Positions 38,673 to 51,870 of a stretch of DNA of 64,000 bases are shown here, one piece after another; within the stretch, counting starts at the first letter, position 1, and every line of letters begins with the position of its first letter. The stretch lies in the NCBI GenBank assembly GCA_038496445.1, contig JALMLS010000140.1:31546-95545 (forward strand), in the 5' to 3' direction. Source of the stretch: Trichosphaerium sp. ATCC 40318 (lineage: Eukaryota; Protista; Tubulinea). A program made the translations under genes and the position numbers. The notes under the pieces were generated by a model that was not told the DNA's origin, did not search any database, and was given only the letters and a program-made list of their open reading frames with translations.

Positions 38673-39903
38673 TCAACGATGAAGCAATGAGATTCTGTTT
38701 TGCTTGAAAGCAATTGATCTTTTCCTATAAAATGAAAATATCAGGAAGAAGCAGTTGTTTCTCGAAGTAACGAGAATATACGTACTTGCTGGCACATTTA
38801 GGTATGAACCCAGGATAGTATGCTCCTTGACCAGGGAGAGGAACTGCAGCAAAGTCAGCTCGGGCGCCTAATATGGTCAAACAACCTCACAGCTTTTTTA
38901 AGATGTTGTTTAACTTGGCCTTACCTCCCATCAAAGCCACTGATGATGACATGCCATTGAAAACGTACAAGAAATCTTCATCAATGCGATTGATTACATA
39001 AGCTGCAGGTTCAATCTCATCACCAATATTCGTAAGTGTTGCAAGGTCTACAGTACAAGGACCTGCGCCCAGACTCGATGTCGGGAATGAAGCTATTCTC
39101 CCTGACTCTCCTCCTGACCCATATACAATATATGATGTACCAGGAGCAATCTCAACTACAATACAATTGTTAGTAGCACGGTAAGTCAAGAAAAACAACT
39201 GTACCATCAGCCAGATTAACGCTTGTTCCACATGACGTTGTACTTGAAATCATACATGTTGAAGTTGAAGAATCAAGGGTGTTGATAATAAAAGTGCTTG
39301 TATCGTGAGTAATAAAAGTTGTTTCATCGATGAAACCACCAGCTACGGTGCTGCCCAAAACGTCATCTATTGTGGTAGAACATACGAGTGTATCATCTTG
39401 CGTTTTAACTTGAAGTTCGCCTGTGAAAACATCCAACAGTAGAATAAAAGATCCATCAACAGCAGGAACTGCATTTAAAAATAAGAACCACTTGAAAGCA
39501 ATGACCTGTCTTGGTTGTTTTTGATCTTCTTTTTGAAAAAAAAATAATTTGAGTGCTTTGAGGAGACAGGCCATAAAGGAAAACTTCGTACACAAATAAG
39601 GGACTGAAGGGTTAGGGTAAGAAAACGTGACCCCAAAAATTTCATCTACAATATATAAAAATTAATACCATCACGTGACAGGTTTATTGAACGTGACTCG
39701 ATTGTGCTTTTGGTGAACTGTTGCTTGGGTATCGAAACCAAAAGATAAGAAGTACCATTGCCAAACATTGTATCTGTTACCCTTACAATTACGCTCGTTG
39801 ATTGAACATCTGGATATATGTGGCCTATTGGCCTTATCTGAGAGGCACAAAGGGTAGCTAGAAGCGCCAACACAAGTAATCTCGCGAAAAGAAGCTCAGG
39901 CAT
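38673..39903 (-). CDS. Hypothetical secreted beta-rich protein
   Basis: Signal-peptide-like MPELLFARLLVLALLATLCAS; exons joined by GT-AG introns; no family recognised. Confidence 0.65.
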
Positions 39904-40166
39904 GAAGAACACGTGGGTTTGCACTATTTGTGACTTATCGCAAAAACGCTAAGCACTCAAATATTCGTCCACAGGAATCACATTAAATGCTTCGAGAGAT
40001 ATCGTGTCTACATCGATAAACCTCAAAAGGTAGCCCTTTGATGCATAAAATAAAGTAGAGTAAAAATATTATTAGGCCAACAAACTCTTTTACAGCATTA
40101 CCATCTAGTAGGATTTTGGTAAGGTAGTTTTAGTAAGAGGTTTTGCTTGCTCGTCGTTATGTAATG

Positions 40167-40997
40167 TTAATTTTTAATAATTGGTTCCAATATGCTGAGC
40201 ATTGCAGCCTTATCTCCTTCTGATTCTGTAAATGCTTTATATATTTGGTCATCTGTGAATTCCTCAGGCTTGTATATACCAAGGTGTTCTCTCATACGTT
40301 CTACAATAAACTGACTATCTGATATATTTTTATCTCCAAATAATTCTTGACCAACATTGTACAACTGCATAAAGAAACCTACAAAAGTGAAATTACTACG
40401 TGATGAGGTTCAGCCTTATGTCAATCCAAAGCGCTATTCTTTAAAACATACCGTAGTTAGGAAACATGTCAGCTTTCCGTTCAATAAAATTATATGAGGT
40501 CGAAAGAGGCCATTTCTTTTTAATCATCAAGTACGCGATAATGAATGTAGGCGCACGTGACAAACCAAAATCGCTACCGAATCGAATAGTCAACATTTTT
40601 GTCTATTGATCACGTGATTTATACGATTTATACGCGTACCTTTGTATTAATAAGGGTTTTGGCGCTTTATCTATCTATTTATAAAGTTATGTGGTGTATT
40701 CAAAGTAATACTGCCTTGTACCCACTCTACTGCTTCTTCAAGATGACAGACAACGTCAACATCTTCGTTATCTAATATATTTATAGTAAACTGCTGTAAA
40801 TCGTCCCTTTTTCTCCCATCCAGATCAAACTGCACCATTGTAACAGAAAACAAGCTTATTTGTTAACGTTAATGCTAATTCATAAATTTTATGGTATACC
40901 TCTTTATTTCGTAGATATCAATGGCATCCTCTATCCCACTACGCGAAGAAAGGAATATACTTCGTGGTATGATGGTTTTCACGTGCTGAGAGCGCAT
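40167..40997 (-). CDS. Dual-specificity phosphatase-like protein with catalytic Cys->Ser
   Basis: IIPRSIFLSS, INILDNEDVDV, LLIQSDFGLSRAPTFIIAYLM, PNYGFFMQL; start may lie in an upstream exon. Confidence 0.75.
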
Positions 40998-41243
40998 GAG
41001 TATCCTGCTGTTGAACAAAAAATAAATATAAGTCAACGAAAAACATGTTCATTTGCTGAAAACAGCTTCTCGCTCTATCCTGTACTATGTTGTCTTCTTT
41101 TCGAAAACAGGATTATTTGATCTTATAATATTTTATCTATTTGCAACAATAAAGAGTCAGTTAAAACTCAGAACCATCAACTTGGGAACAAATACAATAA
41201 GAAAAATATGAGATCTAAAACACTTTTTTTATTGTATTGTACA

Positions 41244-42057
41244 TCACTTATGATCAGTAGTATCATACTTGTGAATCCTTGGTAGTGTATGGTAAGTACC
41301 ACGAGATATATTACAAACCTCATCAAGAACATATTTGTAACTTATTTTAACACTGATAGTACATTCTTTTTCCTGAAATGAAGATGAAGTTAGTGTCAAT
41401 AAGCTAATGATATCAATTTTAGCGTACAATTTCACACGTGTAAGGATCAATTGAGAATATAAGCTCGGTTATCGTTGAGTTATAATATCCAAAGAATAAT
41501 AGTTACCATTACTACCGTACGAGCAACCAATGATTAGACTATCTGATATTGCAGCAATATCTATACAACCATGTAAACAACTTGGTTGTCAAAATATACT
41601 TCCTGAAGATAGATTACTGTCTGTTATTGATTGACTAGTAACACAAGACATTGGTACTGTTAAAGGCGCTAAATTATTTGCCCCCATGATACTACTGTAT
41701 AGTGTATCTCCAACTACCTCCACTGTTACGGCTACAACCTGGCTCAGGCGTGTACCTTTACTTCACGTGCTTGGATCTACGTGTAGCAGGACATAAGTTG
41801 TTTTTACAAATAGTGTATTTGTTGATGGTTAATCGATGCTAGTTTATTTAAAACAGGTTTCAATTTACTACAAAAAAAGTCTCAACATTTTTGCTCACTA
41901 TCCATGTCCAAATGAAGGCCATGACGTCTAGTGTATATTTCAGGGATAGTATCCGATAGTGCGCGTCTAACTATACTAAGTCTAGATGTAAACAAAGTAG
42001 TGGTATGACAAGGTGGTGCAATAAACTGTTGTTTTTGTTGCTGGATTTTTTTATTGG
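41244..42057 (-). pseudogene. Degenerate coding-like sequence with in-frame stops
   Basis: Protein-like stretches (VVAVTVEVVGDTLYS...SGSIF*QPSCLHGCIDIAAISD) with splice-like signals but no intact model. Confidence 0.35.
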
Positions 42058-42270
42058 CTATAAACCTGATTGCAATGTCACAAACAAGATCACCGTTCAA
42101 GTATGGAGGTTCTTCTGCATTGTTACTACATTGTGTTGCTTCAGGTACCTATGTTAAAGATGGAGCTTCAGTTCAAAACAAGGTTCAAAATAAAGAAAAC
42201 AATCACGTGATGAAAGATTAAATCCATGTTGTCTTGATTTTACCATACCGGCAGGTCTATTAGTAACACA
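42058..42270 (-). pseudogene. Inverted DNA-level copy of an exon-intron-exon fragment of the isochorismatase-like gene (62990-63216)
   Basis: The reverse complement matches 62990-63216 including the intron, with a 16-nt deletion (acaataatagtacgcc) removing the donor site. Confidence 0.92.
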
Positions 42271-43468
42271 GGTGATGAAAATCCTCCAAAACGCCGCACT
42301 GAGTAGCTATTTTTAATACACTACGCAATTTTTTACATGTCCTTGTTGAAATGTAATGTGTACATACCTATAGAAGGTATTGACAAAAAAGCTTGTGTCT
42401 ACCAACAGACCTCACAAAGACCTTTTCTTAGTAAGCTTGAAACTAAATCGAGTTACATTGTAAAGGCAGTGATTTCAATGAGTTGGAGGACCCAATACTC
42501 GCTATGGTCGTATTGTAAATTGAACCAAATATTTATAAATAAACATTGTTTGCAATTTTGAAACACTACTCAAGATAGGAGTTGCCTGGGAAACAAAATT
42601 ATTCAGATAGCAGTTCACATCTTTTGTATACTTATCACAGCTTCGTCAAAATCTGAAGACTGCACTAGTTACTTGTTTGCTCCAATACCCGACCCGATAT
42701 TTATACCCATTCTTGTTGGTGATTGATGACGTAGCCAAAGATGTATATGTAAGCTATGTCAGGAGACCAGGATACAAAAACCATGAATGTACATTGGTTC
42801 GTAACATTTTGAAAATCAGGTGAGTTTCCTTCGGAATGGAAAAAAAAACTCAAATCCTAAAAGGAACCTAATCCTCATGAAATCACTTAATTTGTTTTTA
42901 TGGTTTTTTAGACGTGAGTCGTTTTATACCACGTGGATACAAAGTAAAACATAGGTAAATCTTCCTGCTTTGTTTTTACCGTCGATGTGAAAAGTGCAGT
43001 TGTGAACTTGTATACAACTTGTGTAGCTTAAAATTGACTTCACCTGTTTGTCGTGGCAGTATCAAGTGTATATTTTATGTCAGTTCGCTTACTGGCTGTT
43101 TGTACAGAAAATCTTTAAAAGGTGTTCTGTTCCGGCAAATATTTGCGAACAAAATAAGTTTGGGTTTTTGGAGCTTTAATGTTCGGAAGCTTGAAAACGC
43201 TGTTTTACGTTGTTAAAAGGTATTTTTCGAAGCGAGATCGAGCGGGAATCTTAGAGGCGAAGGGTATTCACTGATCTCTCACAGTTACTAAAAGTAATCT
43301 CTTTATACGATGGTATAAACAACTTTTAGGCTCAAAACCGAGAGTCCGAAAAATCACGTGAACACTTTAAGTCAGAGAAAGTGAACGCAAAAAAAAATGA
43401 GTTTTCTCACAAACTCACATATTCATTACCCATTCAAAGCGATATAAAAAGATAGAAACAACAAGCAA

Positions 43469-46400
43469 ATGGCAACAACTGGAGTATTTGTAGTCGTTGT
43501 ACTTTGTATTTTGTCTGTATTTGCAGGACCGATAGAAAGAGACCCAGTACTTTTTCCTACTTCGCTGTAACCTCATCTCTGACTTGTATTTAGACAAGAC
43601 CTCGCATTGTAGAGTGTACTAGATTAGAGTGTTTTGAGGTATCAAACATAGGAACGAAGAGAAACATACAACAGATCCAAACAGTACGTCCATAGAACTC
43701 AAGATGAACCTTAGGACTATCTCTAACTTTTCTTTGTCAGGTATTGACATCTAGCGTTACCTGGCTCGTTGACTACCAAGACATTGGTACTGGATTCAAC
43801 GACCCTATTGACGGCGCTACAAGAAGATCTTTTCTTGAAACTGTACTAATTGACATTGGCAGCGCACTAGCATTGCCCAGCGGAGTATCTTCAGGTGAAC
43901 TTTTTTTGAACTTTCTTTACCAAATTTTTCTTACCTTCGTTTACAGCTGATATCTACATTAACGTCCGGCCTTCACTCAACAATGGTGGAGGGATGCTGG
44001 CAAGTGCAGGAGCGTTTTTCAATCTTGTGACTGGATACCAAACGCCTTTCCCTGTGACTGTTTTTACAACTGGTGTTGATCCCACCTTCGGAACAAACCC
44101 ACATATCAACCTTCAAGTAAACTTTGGAGCTAGTACGTCACCAAAAAAAAAAGTAATACTATCCTTGCTAACAAGTGTGTGTAGACTATTATTACGGAAC
44201 TGGTACTCCAGGAGCAGGACAAACAGATTTCTATTCTGTGATACTGCATGAAATGACTCACGGTATGGGTTTTTTGAGTACCATCGCAGCAGACGGAAGC
44301 AGTAGAACGTCATTGACGGTACGCTAGTTTAACCTAAGGATCGTTCCTAGTTCTTATCATCACACTAGAACTGTCGTACCCTCTTCGATAGGCACATCAC
44401 AGTTGCTTCATCCGGTGCTTCAGTGCTTGATGCAACAGGCGCTTACGCTGTGGCTCAAGGTGCACCAACGTAAGTTACTTTTGTACCAAACAACCCTAAA
44501 TTCTTAACCTTCCCAATAGAGGTGGCCTTGGTCAACTTTTATTTGACTCCGTTGATACAACTGATTGTCCAGGAATCGGAGAGACTCTACCAGTACTGTA
44601 CACGCCGTCTGGGTACCTACCAGGCTCAAGCATGGGTCATCTAGACCAAGTCATCCACACAGATGCTGTAATGAGACCATTTATTTCAGCTACCCAAACA
44701 AGGAGATCCTGGACTGTAGAAGAAGTTTCAATTCTATACAGTACGTATCATTCTGCTAGCTACTTTCAAATAACCGCTTTCAAGCTCTGGGTTGGAGATT
44801 TAGTAATGCGCAAACATGTGGACAGCTCTTTGGAAGTTTTGTACCTACCACACCAGCACCTACTGCCCCTCCTACAACTCTACCTCCAACGCCTTCATAT
44901 GACCCAATACAGCAATGCCTCGAAGCGTTCAATTTGTTTCCAACAGGTACGAAAGTGTTTTTAATGTACTAGCAATGTTCTTACCGTATTTGTAGGTGTT
45001 GATGCCAACTATGATAACATTCCTCCAACAATTGTTCCTTCGTTTCCATTCCCTCCAACATCAGTGGATCCACACTGGCAAGTTTGTGGAAGTAATGATA
45101 CCAACTATTCCGATTGCTGGAATGATCCTGTGGTTACTTCACCAAGCCCATGTTGTAGAGCCTTCACCGCTCAAGGTGCTCCAAATTGGGCTTTTCCAAA
45201 CACATTGTTTCAAACACCTCCACCAGTACACCTAATTCATGTTTGTGTCTTGTTATTAATAATCTTCTTTCAACAGGGTTACTGGATCAGATCACATGGA
45301 GAACCACATGCAAGGTCAATTGAATTCGCAACAGAGTTCAATGTTCCTGAAGGCACGTGCCTTTTTTTTTTTGTATGTCCACCTTATTGGTCTTTCAGAT
45401 TGCGTAAATCCAGTGCTAAGAGGACGCTGCTGGAGAGATGATACGTTCACTGGCGGGAGAATTAACGGAGACGCATTTGACATGACCTGCGTACCATTCG
45501 CCGAAAGAAATTATACAGATATTCCTGAATTCGAGCTCAATACCGCAAACGGACTAGTTGTTGGTCAGAACGAATTACGTGTTTTAATGTACAATGTCAA
45601 CGGAATCCACGGTCTATGGATTGTATGGTCCAATTGTTCATGTGTTCCAATACCACCTACACTGGCTCCTGTAGAACCTACAACTCCAACAGAACCTCCT
45701 TGCTTCACTCCAGCAGTTGGAACTGGAACTGCAGCCGAATGCACAAGCCGAGATGCTACAGTGTCTGCCACAGAAATAGCACGACAAAACTGCAACAAGT
45801 AAGTTGTTCCTGAAATCCGAGGGTCAAAATACTAACTGTGTTATAGTACTTGTACTGATCAAGGCTTTGCGGTATCATCACTTGGCCAATGCGCAATTGT
45901 GGATACCTTTTCTTTGAATCTAGAATGCTGCCCTAATAATGAGGTTACAGAAATAACTGTCAAGTGCAGCTGTTGCTGTGATTGTAGTACGTGTATTCTT
46001 TTTTTTTTAAATTGTAGCATTCTGATACCAGTTAGCGCCTCCTCCAACCACCGAGGCTCCAACTGTGCCACCAACGCCTCCTCCAACAACGATGCCGCCA
46101 ACTGTACAGCCTACACCAGCACCAACACCGCCACCAACACTGCCACCAACACTGCCACCAACATTGTCACCAACAAAACCACCAACCCCAGAACCTACAG
46201 TTGCTCCAACAGCAGTAAGTCCAATGCTTGTTAGTTGACCCTTTGTCTGACTCTGTTTTTAAGCCACGTGGATGTTGCTACTACGAACCTGAAACCGACA
46301 GTTGTGTAGACAACACTTGTAGTAGAGTAGGTGACCTATCAGGATTGCCTCTTGAGTGCTTGAGATTCGAGCATGAAGATCCGCTTTCTGGTATGTTCTA

Positions 46401-46610
46401 ATTTGCATTGTGTAGTAGTTGAATTTTCATCTAGGCGAAAGAATAGTTGATTGCTCTTGTTCCAACAGAGAATACAGAGGACTTTGTGAGGGTCAACTAT
46501 CAATTTTTGGCGCAACATGTTTTGATAATGGATGCCGTGATGAATTAGTTTCTGTTAGACATATTGGTTGTACAGCACATGGAAACACATGTTCTTGCGA
46601 TGTTTGTTAA
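43469..46610 (+). CDS. Secreted zinc-metallopeptidase-domain protein with Pro/Thr linkers and Cys-rich modules
   Basis: Signal peptide MATTGVFVVVLCILSVFA; GFNDPIDGATRR; LASAG; DFYSVILHEMTHGMGF (HExxH); GSSMGHLD; GC-AG intron 45353-45398. Confidence 0.82.
46036..46212 (+). repeat. Coding low-complexity repeat (CCACCAAC-rich, PPT/PT mucin-like linker)
   Basis: ccaccaacactg tandem 12-mers encoding PPTLPPTLPPTL. Confidence 0.8.
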
Positions 46611-47177
46611 GATAAGAAAATAAAGAATGTTTTGATTTGTACACAAGTCTAGCACACAACTTTGCCAAAAAAAGACGTTCATGCCCAATAAATTGAACCT
46701 TACTTGTAAGTAACTAAGTGTTGTTACACACATTGAGATTATCAGTAAACTCGTGTTACACCAACCACATATCTAATCGATTACAAACGTATAACAAAGC
46801 ATCCCAAGTTAGATTGGTGGGTGGTTTTCGGGTAGCTTTTAAGTTGTTGATTACGAGGTTTCACCCGACTGTTCACTACGAGAAAGGTTGCTCACGTGAC
46901 TTATGGTGTTGAAAATGCGCTGAAAATTGAATTCTGTAGAAGCACGACATCGAAAGTTTGAAATAAAGCAAACATACCAATAACTACACTCACACCTCTT
47001 GAACATAGTATTTAAACATACCCCAAGCACTGTTCCAAATGAATATACTGGGAGCTCATCACTACAACTTTAGATAACTGTGATGGCAAGTATTTTGTTT
47101 CTGGATACAGGTAAGGCACACGCACGTGCGCCAGCAATTTTTTGTCCAAAACTACCAAAACAAGTTTGTTGATTTAT

Positions 47178-47927
47178 TTATTCAACTGCCGGCTTACAAC
47201 CGTTTTCGTTACAACCATTAATACACTTCTTAGTGGCACACGACGATCCTCCATACGAAATAAACCCAACTGTAACTGTACCAGTTGTTTTCAAGTCAAC
47301 ACCACAACTGTTGTATGTCAACGCTATAGGTACTTCATAAATAGCGCCTGTTGCTGTAAGAATACCTGCTTCTGCCATTGTTCTGTTTTTCGCTGGGAAA
47401 GTAGGACATCCCGACCCCAAAACTGTTGTGACTGTTTGTAAATGGGTTTGCTTTTCTCTGTATTGACCTTGTAATGTTATGTTTGTATCAGCAACAAAGA
47501 TAGAAGTGTCCATCAAGATTTCTTCAACATCAGCCTTCCAAGTCATTGTAATTTTTTGTACGTATGTGAAGTTCCTTGATACCTCACAAGAGATACCAAC
47601 AGCGCAACAGAGAGTGTTTGAAAGCTCGAATGGAGCTAATTTTTTCGGTTTTGATGTCGTTTGAATATCCGTTACGTAGATCGTCTTATCAAGGCACGTG
47701 CATGATCTAGGAGCGTCGCAGTGGTTTTTATCGTGTTCAAAAGTTGGTTTACACTCCCACAATGAAGAATTAGAACCAGGACAACACCAAGCGTTAAAAT
47801 CGTCGTGACAGCATGTCCCTCGGCAATCCATGTGCGAAAATATACTACCGCATCTGTTTGTACCACCACAGTCATCAGAAAAGACAATAGTGATAAATAA
47901 AGCGAAAATAAAGAGGAGCGTTCTCAT
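47178..47927 (-). CDS. Secreted intronless protein: Cys-rich N-domain + putative aerolysin/ETX-MTX2-like beta-pore-forming domain (249 aa)
   Basis: MRTLLFIFALFITIVFS signal; Thr-rich alternating strands (VSRNFTYVQKITMTW; QTHLQTVTTV), ATGAIYEVPIALTY and TTGTVTVG. The CDS is confident; the fold assignment is by pattern only. Confidence 0.6.
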   Translation of the reverse strand: MRTLLFIFALFITIVFSDDCGGTNRCGSIFSHMDCRGTCCHDDFNAWCCPGSNSSLWECKPTFEHDKNHCDAPRSCTCLDKTIYVTDIQTTSKPKKLAPFELSNTLCCAVGISCEVSRNFTYVQKITMTWKADVEEILMDTSIFVADTNITLQGQYREKQTHLQTVTTVLGSGCPTFPAKNRTMAEAGILTATGAIYEVPIALTYNSCGVDLKTTGTVTVGFISYGGSSCATKKCINGCNENGCKPAVE

Positions 47928-48197
47928 ATTAGTGGGTTTGGTTTTTTTGGAATTGTAATACGAATTCTGACGTGGTTTTTGTGTTGGCCGAAACCTGTTC
48001 GTATAACACGTGTAATGGATTAATACATTGGAACTTTTTTGGTTAAATGTGGCGCAATCTTTTGTGAGCCTGTGCGGTTTTTTTGATTGATTGTTTGGAC
48101 CAACAATTAGAAAAAGCACGTGATTGATATTGTGTTTTTTTTAATCGTATCGTGTTTCGCCCAACTTCTCTTCAGCAATAGATTCACAATAGGTTGC

Positions 48198-48274
48198 TGT
48201 CGCATCTTATAAACCACTACGCCAAAAGCGTATTAGCACACTCCCTGCAGAGTGAGGTGGAACCTTATACGACA
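48198..48274 (-). repeat. 77-bp self-complementary dispersed element, copy B
   Basis: Reverse complement aligns with 28158-28235. Confidence 0.85.
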
Positions 48275-48528
48275 TTACATAAAATAACATCATGCATTTG
48301 TACCTCTCCTTACTAACTACGCACCATCCAACCTTCGTACTGAAGAACCAATACTAAGTCCAATTACATCTGTAGTTGTGATGACGAGATTGCCCCCAAC
48401 GCAAAGCGTTGCGCCATTTTGTAGTATGCCAAGCCTTTAAGTCTGAAAAATAAGGAAATTTCTGCCGGATTGAAAACACTAAAAACTAAAACGGAAGAGG
48501 CGCGAAACGAATTGTTTACCTTTGAATA

Positions 48529-49607
48529 ATGATAAGCCGTATTGGACTAGCACTATTGGACATCCAGGAAGAGTTTATAATTCACTCTGAGGCGATAAAG
48601 AGGTTTGGAAGGTAAGTGCGGTTATTCTTTTGTTTGATATGCTTAAAACACTAGCGTGATATTCACTATCCTATTTAACGGCCTTTTGGTGTTTATGGTG
48701 TTTGAGGAAAACACTGCTGCCACTGTACGCGTTACAATCGTAATAGCATCGTACTAACGTTATATTAGCGCCTTTTAAGTGTCATTCTTTTAGCGATTTC
48801 TATACTGATCGCGTACATATTCTTTTCTAGCACAAAGGAGTACCAATTCTTTCCAGAAAAGCGCAAGGTAACCTCTACGTTTTCAATCAAACTCCTTTTT
48901 AACGGCATCTCGTTAAAACGCATTTTTTCAACTCAATACGCTACGAACAAGTTCTACAGAACTAAATCTACTATCTTTATCAATTTTGAGGTGTTTCTAA
49001 TCAACTTGTCAATTGACACTTTTTTGGATTATGACTGTTTTTTCAAGGACTTTTATCTTGGTCCGGAGGTCAACGACGATGATGAACGAAAATGGTTTAT
49101 ATCAAGAGCACATTCAAAATACCTATGGAACCCAAGTCCATTTATAAAAACAATGTTCGCGTGCGTAATACAACAACAGTTGACTGAGCTTTTAACTCTT
49201 TTTTCTTACTTTATTTTTTAAGTGCTTTCTCGCCTATACAAGTTGTACAGTTGCTCTTGGCATCAGAGACCGACAACCCAAATAATAAAACAGTTTGTTT
49301 TGCATTGGCTGCTTTCACATTTATCACAGTACGTTCAGTCCAAATGACTTGCAAGTGAAAGATTCTTCAATCTCAAAAAAAAAATTTCTACTTGTACTTG
49401 TTCAATCCCTCTCACGTGATATTATAGCTCCGTGCTCTCATGAAATGGCATGAATGGCGTGAAACAGTTAACAGTTCGATATTCTTACACGCTTATCGCG
49501 AGAACGAAATGTATAATCAAGCACAACATGAACTAGCTTTCAAAGAAGCGACCAATCAATCTTTCGGTTCTCCAGATCACGCCACTACACCAAGGAGAAG
49601 ACGCTAA
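48529..49607 (+). CDS. Small multi-pass membrane protein, possibly Nur1/Mug154-like nuclear rim protein
   Basis: Spliced exons with TM segments, TKEYQFF, YLWNPSPFIKTIAFSPIQV (resembles the WDP..F..FSP motif of Nur1/Mug154); some exon boundaries unresolved. Confidence 0.45.
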
Positions 49608-49813
49608 TTATCATATAACCTTATAAAAAACCATGAATGTAAATATAGCAATCGTTGCACAAACACAATCTCAGGTTACAGTGTGATGGCCTAGGCCATA
49701 AACTTTGTACCTTGACTTTGATATTTTATGGGAAAAAAACAGCTAAAATACTTTGCCATGAAATCGTGATTTGCGGAGTAACATCCTCTGTTTTTTGACT
49801 ATTCAACATCAAA

Positions 49814-51637
<1,824 letters not shown>

Positions 51638-51870
51638 TTATATTATTAGTGTGTGAAACAAAATTACAAAATAATGTTTTTGGAAAAGACAGATTTACTA
51701 CCATCTCTCAATAAATTTTGAAATGATAATTCTTTTTGATTGGTGAGTGATCACTCACTGATGGTTTTTTCCTTTGTTGAATTTATTTACAGTCATTTAA
51801 TTTACATACAAGAGAAAAACGAAAAAGATTTTTCGAAAATTGTTCAAGATTAGAACATCATTTTGTGTCG

